This document shows, one piece after another, positions 36,378-46,966 of a stretch of DNA of 64,000 nucleotides. The notes below the pieces were generated by a model, which ran no database searches, was not told the origin of the DNA, and saw only the letters and a program-made list of their open reading frames with translations. Source of the DNA: Heterodontus francisci (taxonomy: Eukaryota); the NCBI RefSeq assembly GCF_036365525.1, contig NC_090410.1, forward strand, positions 5,208,001-5,272,000, read 5' to 3'. Position 1 is the stretch's first letter. Every line of letters starts with the position of its first letter. The translations under genes and the position numbers were made by a program.

Positions 36378-38512
36378 CTTCTTCTTTGGCCTCCTTGTCT
36401 CGTGAGACAATGGGTAAGAGCCTGGAGGTGGTCAGTGGTGTGTGGAGCAGCGCCTGGAGTGGCTATAAAGGCCAATTCTAGAGTGACAGACTCTTCCACA
36501 GGTGCTGCAGAAAAATTTGTTTGTCGGGGCTGTTACACAGTTGGCTCTCCCCTTGCGCCTCTGTCTTTTTTCCTGCCAACTGCTAAGTCTCTTCGACTCG
36601 CCACACTTTAGCCCCGCCTTTATGGCTGCCCGCCAGCTCTGGTGAACGCTGGCAACTGACTCCCACGACTTGTGATCAATGTCACAGGCCTTCATGTCGC
36701 GTTTGCAGACATCTTTAAAGCAGAGACATGGACGGCCGGTGGGTCTGATACCAGTGGCGAGCTCGCTGTACAATGTGTCCTTGGGGATCCTGCCATCTTC
36801 CATGCGGCTCACATGGCCAAGCCATCTCAAGCGCCGCTGACTCAGTAGTGTGTATAAGCTGGGGATGTTGGCCGCCTCGAGGACTTCTGTGTTGGAGATA
36901 CGGTCCTGCCACCTGATGCCAAGTATTCTCCGGAGGCAGCGAAGATGGAATGAATTGAGACGCCGCTCTTGGCTGACATACGTTGTCCAGGCCTCGCTGC
37001 CGTAGAGCAAGGTACTGAGGACACAGGCTTGATACACTCGGACTTTTGTGTTCCGTGTCAGTGCGCCATTTTCCCACACTCTCTTGGCCAGTCTGGACAT
37101 AGCAGTAGAAGCCTTTCCCATGCGCTTGTTGATTTCTGCATCTAGAGACAGGTTACTGATGATAGTTGAGCCTAGGTAGGTGAACTCTTGAACCACTTCC
37201 AGAGCGTGGTCGCCAATATTGATGGATGGAGCATTTCTGACGTCCTGCCCCATGATGTTTGTTTTCTTGAGGCTGATGGTTAGGCCAAATTCATTGCAGG
37301 CAGCCGCAAACCTGTCGATGAGACTCTGCAGACACTCTTCAGTGTGAGATGTTAAAGCAGCATCGTCGAGTTCCCTGATGAGGACTTTCCGTACTTTGGA
37401 CTTCGCTCTTAGACGGGCAAGGTTGAACAACCTGCCCCCTGATCTTGTGTGGAGGAAAATTCCTTCTTCAGAGGACTTGAACGCATGTGAAAGCAGCAGG
37501 AGAAGAAAATCCCAAAAAGATTAGGTGCGAGAACACAGCCCTGTTTCACGCCACTTAGGATAGAAAAGGGCTCTGATGAGGTGCCGCCATGTTGAATTGT
37601 GCCTTTCATATTGTCATGGAATGAGGTGATGATACTTAGTAACTTTGGTGGGCATCCAATCTTTTCTAGTAGTCTGAAGAGACCACGTCTGCTGACGAGG
37701 TCAAAGGCTTTGGTGAGATCAATGAAAGCAATGTAGAGGGGCATCTGTTGTTCGCGGCATTTCTCCTGTATCTGACAAAGAGAGAACAGCATGTCAACGG
37801 TCGATCTCTCTGCACGAAAGCCACACTGTGCCTCAGGGTAGACGCGCTCGGCCAGCTTCTGGAGCCTGTTCAGAGCGACTCGAGCAAAGACTTTCCCCAC
37901 TATGCTGAGCAGGGAGATTCCACGGTAGTTGTTGCAGTCACCGCGGTCACCTTTGTTTTTATAGAGGGTGATGATATTGGCATCGCGCATGTCCTGAGGT
38001 ACTGCTCCCTCGTCCCAGCACAGGCATAGCAGTTCATGTAGTGCTGAGAGTATAGCAGGCTTGGCACTCTTGATTATTTCAGGGGTAATGCTGTCCTTCC
38101 CAGGGGCTTTTCCGCTGGCTAGAGAATCAATGGCATCACTGAGTTCCAATTTTGTTGGCTGTCTGTCCAGCTCAACCATGACTGGTAGAGGCTGGGCTGC
38201 ATTGAGGGCAGTCTCAGTGACAGCATTCTCCCTGGAGTACAGTTCTAGGTAGTGCTCAACCCAGCAGTCCATTTGTTTGCGTTTGTCAGTGATTGTGTCC
38301 CCTGATTTAGATTTGAGGGGGGCGATCTTCTTGATGGTTGGCCCAAGGGCTCTCTTAATGCCATCATACATTCCTCTGATGTTTCCGGTGTCTGAGGCCA
38401 GCTGAATATGACTGCATAGGTGTTGCCAGTAGTCGTTTGCGCAGCGCCTGGCTGTTGTTTGTGCAGTGCTTCTGGCTGCTTTAAGAGCTACGGATGTTAA
38501 CTCGCTGGGGGC
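36378..38512 (-). mobile_element. 5'-truncated RTE-clade LINE (RT plus C-terminal CCHC-like motif), inactivated
   Basis: ORFs 37409-38371 and 36432-37430 (FIDLTKAFD, GVKQGCVLAP, CSTCGRVCHSRIGLYSH); one frameshift and loss of the FA residues before DD; GAA-type tail. Confidence 0.92.
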
Positions 38513-41500
38513 TATTCATATATTTGTCAAGATGTCTCTTAAACGTCGCTATCGTATCTGCTTCCACCACCTCCTCTGGCAGCAAGTTCCAGGCACTCAC
38601 CACCCTCTGTGTAAAGAACTTGCCTCGCACATCCCCTCTAAACTTTGCCCCTCGCACCTTATACCTATGTCCCCTAGTAACTGACTCTTCCACCCTGGGA
38701 AAAAGCTTCTGACTATCCACTCTGTCCATGCCGCTCATAACTTTGTAAACCTCTATCATGTCGCCCCTCCACCTCCGTCGTTCCAGTGAAAACAATCCGA
38801 GTTTTTCCAACCTCTCCTTATAGCTAATGCCCTCCAGACCAGGCAACATCCTGGTAAACCTCCTCTGTACCCTCTCCAAAGCCTCCACATCCTTCTGGTA
38901 GTGTGGCAACCAGAATTGCACGCAATATTCTAAGTGGGGTCTAAATAAGGTTCTGTACAGCTGCAACATGACTTGCCAATTTTTATACTCTATGCCCTGA
39001 CCGATGAAGGCAAGCATGCTGTATGCCTTCTTGACCACCTTATCCACCTGCGTTGCCACTTTCAGTGACCTTTGGACCTGTCCGCCCAGATCTCTCTGCC
39101 TGTCAATACTCCTAAGGGTTCTGCCATTTACTGTATACCTCCCACCTGCATTAGACCTTCCAAAATGCATTACCTCACATTTGTCTGGATTAAACTCCAT
39201 CTGCCATTTCTCCGCCCAAGTCTCCAACCGATCTATATCCTGCTGTATCCTCTGACAATCCTCATCATTATCCGCAACTCCACCAACCTTTGTGTTGTCC
39301 GCAAACTTACTAATCAGACCAGCTACATTTTCCTCCAAATCATTTATATATACTACAAACAGCAAAGTTCCCAGCACTGATCCCTGCGGAACACCACTAG
39401 TCACATCCCTCCATTCAGAAAAACACCCATCCACTGTTACCCTCTGTCTTCTGTGACTGAGCCAGTTCTGTATCCATCTTGCCAGCTCACCTCTGATCCT
39501 GTGTGATTTCACCTTTTGCACCAGTCTGCCATGCGGGACCTTGTCAAAGTCTTTACTAAAATCCATATAGACAACATCCACCGCCCTTCCCTCATCAATC
39601 ATCTTCGTCACTTCTTCAAAAAACTCAATCAAATTAGTAAGACACGACCTCCCCTTCACAAAACCATGCTGTCTCTTGCTAATAAGTTCGTTTGTTTCCA
39701 AATGGGAGTAAATCCTGTCCCGAAGAATCCTCTCTAATAGTTTCCCGACCACTGACGTAAGGCTCACCGGCCTATAATTTCCTGGATTAAACAAAGGAAC
39801 AACATTGGCTATTCTCCAGTCCTCTGGGACTTCACCTGTAGCCAATGAGGATGCAAAGATTTCTGTCAAGGCCCCAGCAATTTCTTCCCTTGCCTCCCTC
39901 AGTATTCTAGGGTAGATCCCATCAGGCCCTGGGGACTTATCTACCTTAATGCTTTGCAAGACACCCAACACCTCCTCCTTTTTGATAATGAGATGACTGA
40001 GACTATCTGCACTCCCTTCCCTTGGCTCATCATCCACCAAGTCCTTCTCCTTAGTGAATACTGATGCAAAGTACTCATTTAGCACCTCACCCATTTCCTC
40101 TGGCTCCATGCATAGATTCCCATCTCTGTCCTTGAGTGGGCCAACCCTTTCCCTGGTTACTCTCTTGCTCTTTATATATATATAAAAAGCCTTGGGATTT
40201 TCCTTAATCCTGTTTGCCAATGACTTTTCATGACCCCTTTTAGCCCTCCTAACTCCTTGCTTAAGTTCCTTCCTACTGTCTTTATATTCCTCAAGTGCTT
40301 CATCTGTTCCTAGCCTTCCAGCCCTTACAAATGCTTCCTTTTTCTTTTTGACTAGGCTCACAATATCCCGTGTTATCCAAGCTTCCCGAAACGTGCCAAA
40401 CTTGTCTTTCTTCCTCACAGGAACATGTTTAGTTTAGTTTAGAGATACAGCACTGAAACAGGCCCTTCGGCCCACCGAGTCTGTGCCGACCATCAACCAC
40501 CCATTTATACTAATCCTACACTAAGCCCATATTCCTACCACATCCCCACCTGTCCCTATATATTTCCCTACCACCTACCTATACTAGGGGCGATTTATAA
40601 TGGCCAATTAACCTATCAACCTGCAAGTCTTTGGCATGTGGGAGGAAACCGGAGCACCCAGAGGAAACCCACGCAGACACAGGGAGAACTTGCAAACTCC
40701 ACACAGGCAGTACCCAGAATCGAACCCGGGTCCCTGGAGCTGTGAGGCTGCGGTGCTAACCACTGCGCCACTGTGCCGCCAACATGCTGCTCCTGGATTC
40801 TAATCAGCTGACGTTTGAAAGACTCCCACATGTCAGATGTTGATTTACCCTCAAACAGCCGCCCCCAATCTAAATTCTTCAGTTCCTGCCGAATATTGTT
40901 ATAATTAGCCTTCCCCCAATTTAGCACCTTCACCCGAGGATTACTCTTATCCTTATCCACAAGTACCTTAAAACTTATGGAATTATGGTCACTGCTCCCG
41001 AAATGCTCCCCCACTGAAACTTCGACCACCTGGCCGGGCTCATTCCCCAATACCAGGTCCAGAATGGCCCCATCCCTAGTTGGACTATCTACATACTGTT
41101 TCAAGAAGCCCTCCTGGATGCTCCTCACAAATTCTGCCCCATCCAAGCCCCTAGCACTAAGTGAGTCCCAGTCAATATTGGGGAAGTTAAAATCACCCAC
41201 CACTACAACCCTGTTACCTTTACATCTTTCCAAAATCTGTCTACATATCTGCTCCTCTACCTCCCGCTGGCTGTTGGGAGGCCTGTAGTAAACCCCCAAC
41301 ATCGTGACTGCACCCTTCCTATTCCTGAGCTCCACCCATATTGCCTCGCTGCATGACCCCTCCGAGGTGTCCTCCTGCAGTACAGCTGTGATATTCTCCT
41401 TAACCAGTAATGCAACTCCCCCACCCCTTTTACATCCCCCTCTATCCCGCCTGAAGCTTCTAAAGCCTGGAACATTTAGCTGCCAATCCTGCCCTTCCCT

Positions 41501-41746
41501 CAACCAAGTCTCTGTAATAGCAACAACATCATATTTCCAAGTACTAATCCAAGCTCTAAGTTCATCTGCCTTACCTGTTATACTTCTCGCATTGAAACAA
41601 ATGCACTTCAGACCACCAGTCCCGCTGTGCTCAGCAACATCTCCCTGCCTGCTCTTCCTCTTAGTCCTACTGGCCTTATTTACTATGTCCTCCTCATTTA
41701 CTTCACTAGCTGTCCTACTGCTCTGGTTCCCACCCCCCTGCCACAC
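38512..41746 (-). pseudogene. CR1 ORF2 (APE endonuclease + reverse transcriptase), interrupted
   Basis: In frame after removing the SINE and one TSD copy (QEQHV|PVRKKDK). RT motif reads FADNT instead of FADDT, there is a 6-aa deletion (VVPLF|NPGNY), and the C-terminus is cut by the RTE. Confidence 0.9.
40428..40780 (-). mobile_element. Full-length V-SINE (HE1-like) with 6-bp TSD
   Basis: A box TGGCGCAGTGG, B box GGTTCGATTCT, V-domain, TAAAC tail; AACATG at 40422-40427 and 40781-40786. Confidence 0.92.
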
Positions 41747-42489
41747 TAGTTTAAACCCTCCCGAGTGACACTAGCAAACCTTGCAGCCAGGATATTAGTG
41801 CCCTTCCAGTTTAGATGCAACCCATCCTTCTTGTACAGGTCCCATCTGTCCCTGAAGACAGCCCAATGGTTCAGATATCTGAAACCCTCCCTTCTACACC
41901 AGTTGCTCAGCCACGTGTTTTGCTGCACTATCTTCCTATTTCTAGCCTCACTGGCACGTGGCACAGGGAGTAATCCCGAGATTACAACCCTAGAGGTCCT
42001 GTTTTTTAACTTACTACCTAACTCCCTAAACTCCCCCTGCAGGACCTCATCACTCTTCCTGCCTATGTCGTTGGTACCGATGTGTACCACAACCTCTGGC
42101 TGTTCACCCTCCCCCTTCAGAATGCCCCCTGTCCATTCAGAGACATCCTTGACCCTGGCACCAGGGAGGCAACATCCCATCCTGGAGTCTCTTTCACGTC
42201 CACAGAAGCGCCTATCTGTGCCCCTGACTATAGAGTCCCCTATAACTACTGCTCTTCTGCGCTTTGTCCCTCCCTGCTGAACAACAGTGCCAGCCGTGGT
42301 GCCACTGCTCTGGCTGCTGCTGTTTTCCCCTGATAGGCCATCCTCCCCAACAGTATCCAAAACGGTATACTTGTTAGAGAGGGGGATAGCCACAGGGGAT
42401 TCCCGCACTGACTGCCTGCCCCTTCTAGCGGTCACCCATCTATCTGTCTGTACCTTGGGTGTAACCACTTTTTCAGTTTTTTTTCCCAC
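41746..42489 (-). CDS. CR1 ORF1 C-terminal part, SGNH/GDSL esterase domain
   Basis: VIGDSIVR, CLPGAR, VHIGTND and DGLHLN blocks; the N-terminal zinc-finger/coiled-coil region appears deleted. Confidence 0.88.
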   Translation of the reverse strand: MGKKTEKVVTPKVQTDRWVTARRGRQSVRESPVAIPLSNKYTVLDTVGEDGLSGENSSSQSSGTTAGTVVQQGGTKRRRAVVIGDSIVRGTDRRFCGRERDSRMGCCLPGARVKDVSEWTGGILKGEGEQPEVVVHIGTNDIGRKSDEVLQGEFRELGSKLKNRTSRVVISGLLPVPRASEARNRKIVQQNTWLSNWCRREGFRYLNHWAVFRDRWDLYKKDGLHLNWKGTNILAARFASVTREGLN

Positions 42490-42679
42490 CCGAGGTAACT
42501 TACCGCTCTGGAACTCCTCCCTCTGAGTCTGTTCCGAGAATCTCCGAGGTTAACTCCGCCCTCCGAGTCTGCTCCGAGAATCTCCGAGGTTAACTCCGCC
42601 CTCCGAGTCTGCTCCGAGAATCCCCGAGGTAAGTTTTTTTATATACTCACCGCTCCGGAACTCCGCCCTCCGAGTCTGC
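42490..42679. repeat. About 40-bp tandem repeats in CR1 5' UTR
   Basis: Repeated AACTCCGCCCTCCGAGTCTGCTCCGAGAATCTCCGAGGTT. Confidence 0.85.
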
Positions 42680-43146
42680 TCAATATAGTAAAACATCACA
42701 TGATGCTTCACAAGATCATTATCAGACAAAATGTGACACCGAGCCACATAAGGAGACTTTAGGACAGATGACTAAAAGGTTGGTCAAAAAGGAAAGTTTT
42801 GAGGATCGTTTTAAAGGAAGAGAGAGAGAGAGAGGCAGAGAGGTTTAGGGAGGGAATTCCAGAGCTTGGGGTCAAGACAACCAATAGCACGGTCACCAAT
42901 GTCCGGACAGTGGAAATTGAGGTGGCACAAGATGCCGGAATGGATGGAACCAAACGTTCTCGGAGGGTTGTAGGGACAGAGATAGGGAGGGGTGAGGCCA
43001 TGAAGAGATTTGATTTTGAGGTCGGTGAGCACAGGGGTGATGGGTGAATGAAATTTGGTGCCAGTCACGAGATAAGTGACAGAACTTTAGATGAACTGAA
43101 CTTTACAGAAGGTAGAAGATGGAAGGCTGATGAAGACAGTATTGGA

Positions 43147-43674
43147 CAGCCCCACCCCCACCTCACTTGCTTATAACCTGTGACTTTTCTAATATTTGTC
43201 AGTTCCGAAGAAGGGTCACTGACCCGAAACGTTAACTCTGCTTCTCTTTCCACAGATGCTGCCTGACCTGCTGAGTGGTTCCAGCATTTCTTGTTTTTAT
43301 TTCAGATTTCCAGCATCCGCAGTATTTTGCTTTTATTTCAGTGTTTAATTCACTGCCACTTCTCTTCCAGGAATGCCTACCTTGAAGAAGTTCTGCTCTT
43401 CTCTCCGACGGGATTTTCGTTTGTCTCTTTTACCTTGTTCACCTTCATTGCTTTCTATTTCCCTCCTGGTGTTTGATATCTCTTGCCCCACCCCCACCTC
43501 ACTTGTTTATAATCTGTGACTTTTCTAATATTTGTCAGTTCCGAAGAAGGGTCACTGACCCGAAACGTTAACTCTGCTTCTCTTTCCACAGATGCTGCCA
43601 GACCTGCTGAGTGATTCCAGCATTTCTTCTTTTTAATTCAGATTTCCAGCATCCGCAGTATTTTGCTTTTATTA
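43147..43674 (+). mobile_element. Penelope-like insertion with two direct pseudo-LTRs, 7-bp TSD
   Basis: Direct repeats at about 43150-43335 and 43488-43672, each with CCGAAGA-AGGGTCACTGACCC-GAAA-CGTT; TATTGGA at 43140-43146 and 43675-43681. Confidence 0.72.
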
Positions 43675-44617
43675 TATTGGAATAGTGGAGTCTGGAGGTA
43701 ACAAAAGAATGGATGAGCATGTCAGCAGCATATGTGCTGAGACAGGTGCAGAGATAAGTGATATTTTGAATGTGGATGTAGGCTGTCTTGGTGATGGAGT
43801 GGATTTGGGGTTGTGAGCTCAGCTCAGGGTCAAATAGGACACTGAGGTTGTGAACAGTGTGGTTCAGTCTCAGACATTGGTCAAAGAGATGGATGGAACT
43901 GGTAGCTGGTGAACAGGGTTTGTGGCAGGGACCAAAAACAATGGCTTCAGTCTTCCTAATATTCCGTTGGAGGAAATTTCTGCTCATCCAATGTCAGACA
44001 AGCAGCATGACAAATCAAATACAGTGGAGGGGTCGAGAGAGGCTATGGTGAGGTAAAACTACATGTCATCAGTGTATGTGTGGAACCTGACTTTGTGTTT
44101 TCAGATGATAACTTTGAGGGGCAGCATGTAGATGAGAAATATGTTGGGGCCAAGGAGGGATTCTTTGGGGATTACAGAGGTAATGGGGCTGTGAGCAGGA
44201 AGAGAAACCGTTGCTAGGGATGTTGTAGCCACGATTGGATAGTTAAGATGGAACCATGCGAAGGCAGTCCCATCGAGCTGGACAATGAAGAAAAGGCATT
44301 GAAGGAGTGTGCAGTCTATTGCTTCAAAGGCTGCAGTCAGGTTGAGGAGAATGAGGAGAGATAGTGCACCATGGCCACAGTCACATAGGATGTGACTTTG
44401 ATTAGGGTTGTTTCAGTGCTGCTGCAGGGGCAGAATTCTGATCTGTGGGGTTCAAACATGGAGTTAGGGAAAAGATGAGCACAGATTTTGGAGGTGACCA
44501 CAATTCAAAGACTTTGGAGAGGAAAAGGAGGTAGGAAATGGGTGATTTTTTTTTAAAGGACTGAGGGGTCTAGGGTGTAATTTTTGAGGACTTAGACAGC
44601 AGTTTTGAAGGGCAACA

Positions 44618-46500
44618 TTCATAAATAGTAAAAGGGTGGTAAAAGGAGGAGTGGGGCCAATTAGGGACCATAAGGGGGAATTACACATGGAGGCAGGGGA
44701 ACTAGCTGAGGTATTAAATGAATACTTTGCATCTGTCTTTACCAAGGAAGAAGATGCAACCCAGGCCACGGTGAACGAGGAGGTAATTATTACACTAGAA
44801 GGATTTAAAATGTTTAAGGAGGAGATATTAGATAGGCTGCTGTACTTAAAGTTGATAAAGCACCAGGACCAGATGAGATGCATCCAAGGATACTGAGGGA
44901 AGTGAGAGTGGAAATTGCAGAGGCACTGGTCATAATTTTCCAGTCTTCCTTAGACTCAGGGTGGTGCTAGAGGATTGGAGAATTGCAAATGATACACCCT
45001 CGTTCAAAAAAGGATGTAAAAATAAGCCCAGCAACTACAGGACAGTCAGTTTAACTTCGCTGGTGGGGAAACTTCAAAACAATAATTTGGGACAAAATAA
45101 TTAGTCACATGGACAAATGTGGGTTAATTAAGGAAAGCCAGCATGGATTTGTTAAGGGAAAGTCATGTCTAATGAATTTGCTGGAGTTTTTTGAAGGGGT
45201 AACAGAGAGTTGATGAGGACAATGCTATTGATGTGGTGTACATGGACTTTCAAAAGGCATTTGATACAGTGCCACATAATAGAGCAAAGTTGAATTGAAT
45301 AAAAGGGATGGTAGCAACATGGATATAAAATTGGCTGAGTGACTGGAAACAGAGAGTAGTGGTTAATGGATGTTTTTCAGGCTGGAGGAAGGTTTGTAGT
45401 GGAGTTCCCCAGGGGTCAGTGTTGGGATCCTTGCTCTTCCTGATATATATTAATGAATTAGACCTTGGTAAACAGGGCACAATTTCAAAATTTGCAGTTG
45501 ATACAAAACTTGGAAGCATTATGAACTGTGAAGAGGAAAGAGTAGAACTTCAAAAGGACATAGACAAGCTTGTGGAATGAGTGGACAAGTGGCAAATGAA
45601 GTTCAATGCAGAGAAATGTGAAGTGATACATTTTGGTAGGAAGAACATGGAGGGACAATATAAAATAAAGGGTACAATTCCAAAATGGGTGCAGGAGCAG
45701 AGGACCTGGGTGTATATGTGAATAAGTCATTGAAGGTGGCAGGACAGGTTGAGAACGCACTTAATAAAGCATACAGTATCCTAGACTTTATTAATAGGGG
45801 CATAGAAAAGAAAGAATGTGCAGGATTAAGGGGAGAAGGTGGGGAAGGTGGGGGAACGGCAATGCAGACACGATGGGCCAAATGGTCTCCTTCTGTGCTG
45901 TAATAATTCTTGATTCTGTGATAGTAAGTATGTTGAACTTGTATAAGACACTAGTTTGGCCTCAGCTGGAGTATTGCGTCCAGTTTTGGGTGCTGCATTT
46001 AAGGAAATATGTGAAGGCATTGGAGAGAGTGCAGAAAAGTTTCACGAGAATGGTTCCAGGGATGAGGAACTTCATTTACAAAGGTAGATTGGAGAAGTTG
46101 GGACTGTTTTCCTTGGAGAAGAGAAGGCTGAGAGGAGATTTGATAGAGGTATTCAAAATCATGAGAAGTCTGGAGAGACTAGATAGAGAGAAACTATTTC
46201 CACTTGTGAAAGGATCGAGAACAAGAGAGCACAGATTTAAGGTAACTGGCAAAAAAAGCAATGGTGACATGTAGGAAAACTTTTTCACACAGCGAGTGGT
46301 TAGGATCTGGAATGCACTGCCTGAGTGTGTGGTGGAGGCAGGTTCAATCGAGGCATTCAAGATAGTTACCTGAAAAGGAAGAATGTGCAGGATTAAGGGG
46401 AGAAGGCGGGGGAATGGCAAATAAGTGAATTGCTCACTCGGAGAGCTGGTGCAGACACGATGGGCTAAATGGTCTCCTTCTGTGCTGTAACAATTCTGTG
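44618..46500 (+). mobile_element. 5'-truncated decayed CR1 LINE
   Basis: Frameshifted RT remnants (GVPQGSVLG, LEYCVQFW) and CR1 3' tail. Confidence 0.9.
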
Positions 46501-46777
46501 ATAGTAACTGGCACTGCAGGTACTCAATAATATATAAAAAAATGCAAATCCAAGGCACCAAATTTAATATTCAATGGATGTGGATGTATAGATTTATGAT
46601 TCTGGGAACATGCTTTTGGAGGGATGATTTAAGGGATTATGTTAAAATTGCACCAGGAAAACATTAGTTTCTAAACAATCTGAAGATATATGTTTATTTT
46701 CAAAGATTGTGTGCTAAACCTATCAGATTTTGCTTCGGTTTGGGAATGCAGTTATTTGACATTTGTCCTCTTTGCAG

Positions 46778-46966
46778 TCAGTACCACCTGAATGAAAGTG
46801 TTTTCTGGAATATCTCGCCTCCAGTGCAGAACTGATCAATTGGAGTCCTGAGGCCAGAAGGAGTTGATGTGACGCAGGCGCTGACGGAACAGCCACATCT
46901 TGAGGGGCTGCTGAAAGCAACACATCGGAACAGGAGCAGACAGACAAGAGGAGCTGTAGCACTCTG
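46778..46966 (+). other. Candidate 5' non-coding exon / promoter region of CLIP3
   Basis: Unique sequence with raised CpG (to about 47430), bounded by tcctctttgcag and CTG|gtaggc. CLIP3's first coding exon has an acceptor, so an upstream exon is required. Confidence 0.3.

Larger units (their letters stand above)
36276..42679 (-). mobile_element. Near full-length CR1 LINE (5' UTR repeats, ORF1 esterase, ORF2 APE-RT, 3' tail), interrupted by a SINE and an RTE
   Basis: ORF1 41746-42489, ORF2 pieces 40781-41746 and 38512-40421, 3' UTR remnant 36276-36377 ending in TGTTCTT repeats; TCAA at both junctions. Confidence 0.93.
36243..44610 (-). mobile_element. Decayed L2-clade LINE 3' portion, split by later insertions (36243-36275, 42680-43146, 43675-44610)
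   Basis: ORF 43568-43987 MSRNFLQRNIRKTEAIVFGP is L2 RT C-terminal-like; its 3' end matches L2 remnants near 1160, 2225, 17905 and 56100. Confidence 0.75.

Noticed and set aside
40616-40780. Apparent novel C-terminal extension on the APE ORF, and tRNA-like sequence
   Set aside because: Read-through into the inserted SINE; the tRNA-like heads here and elsewhere are SINE promoters, not tRNA genes
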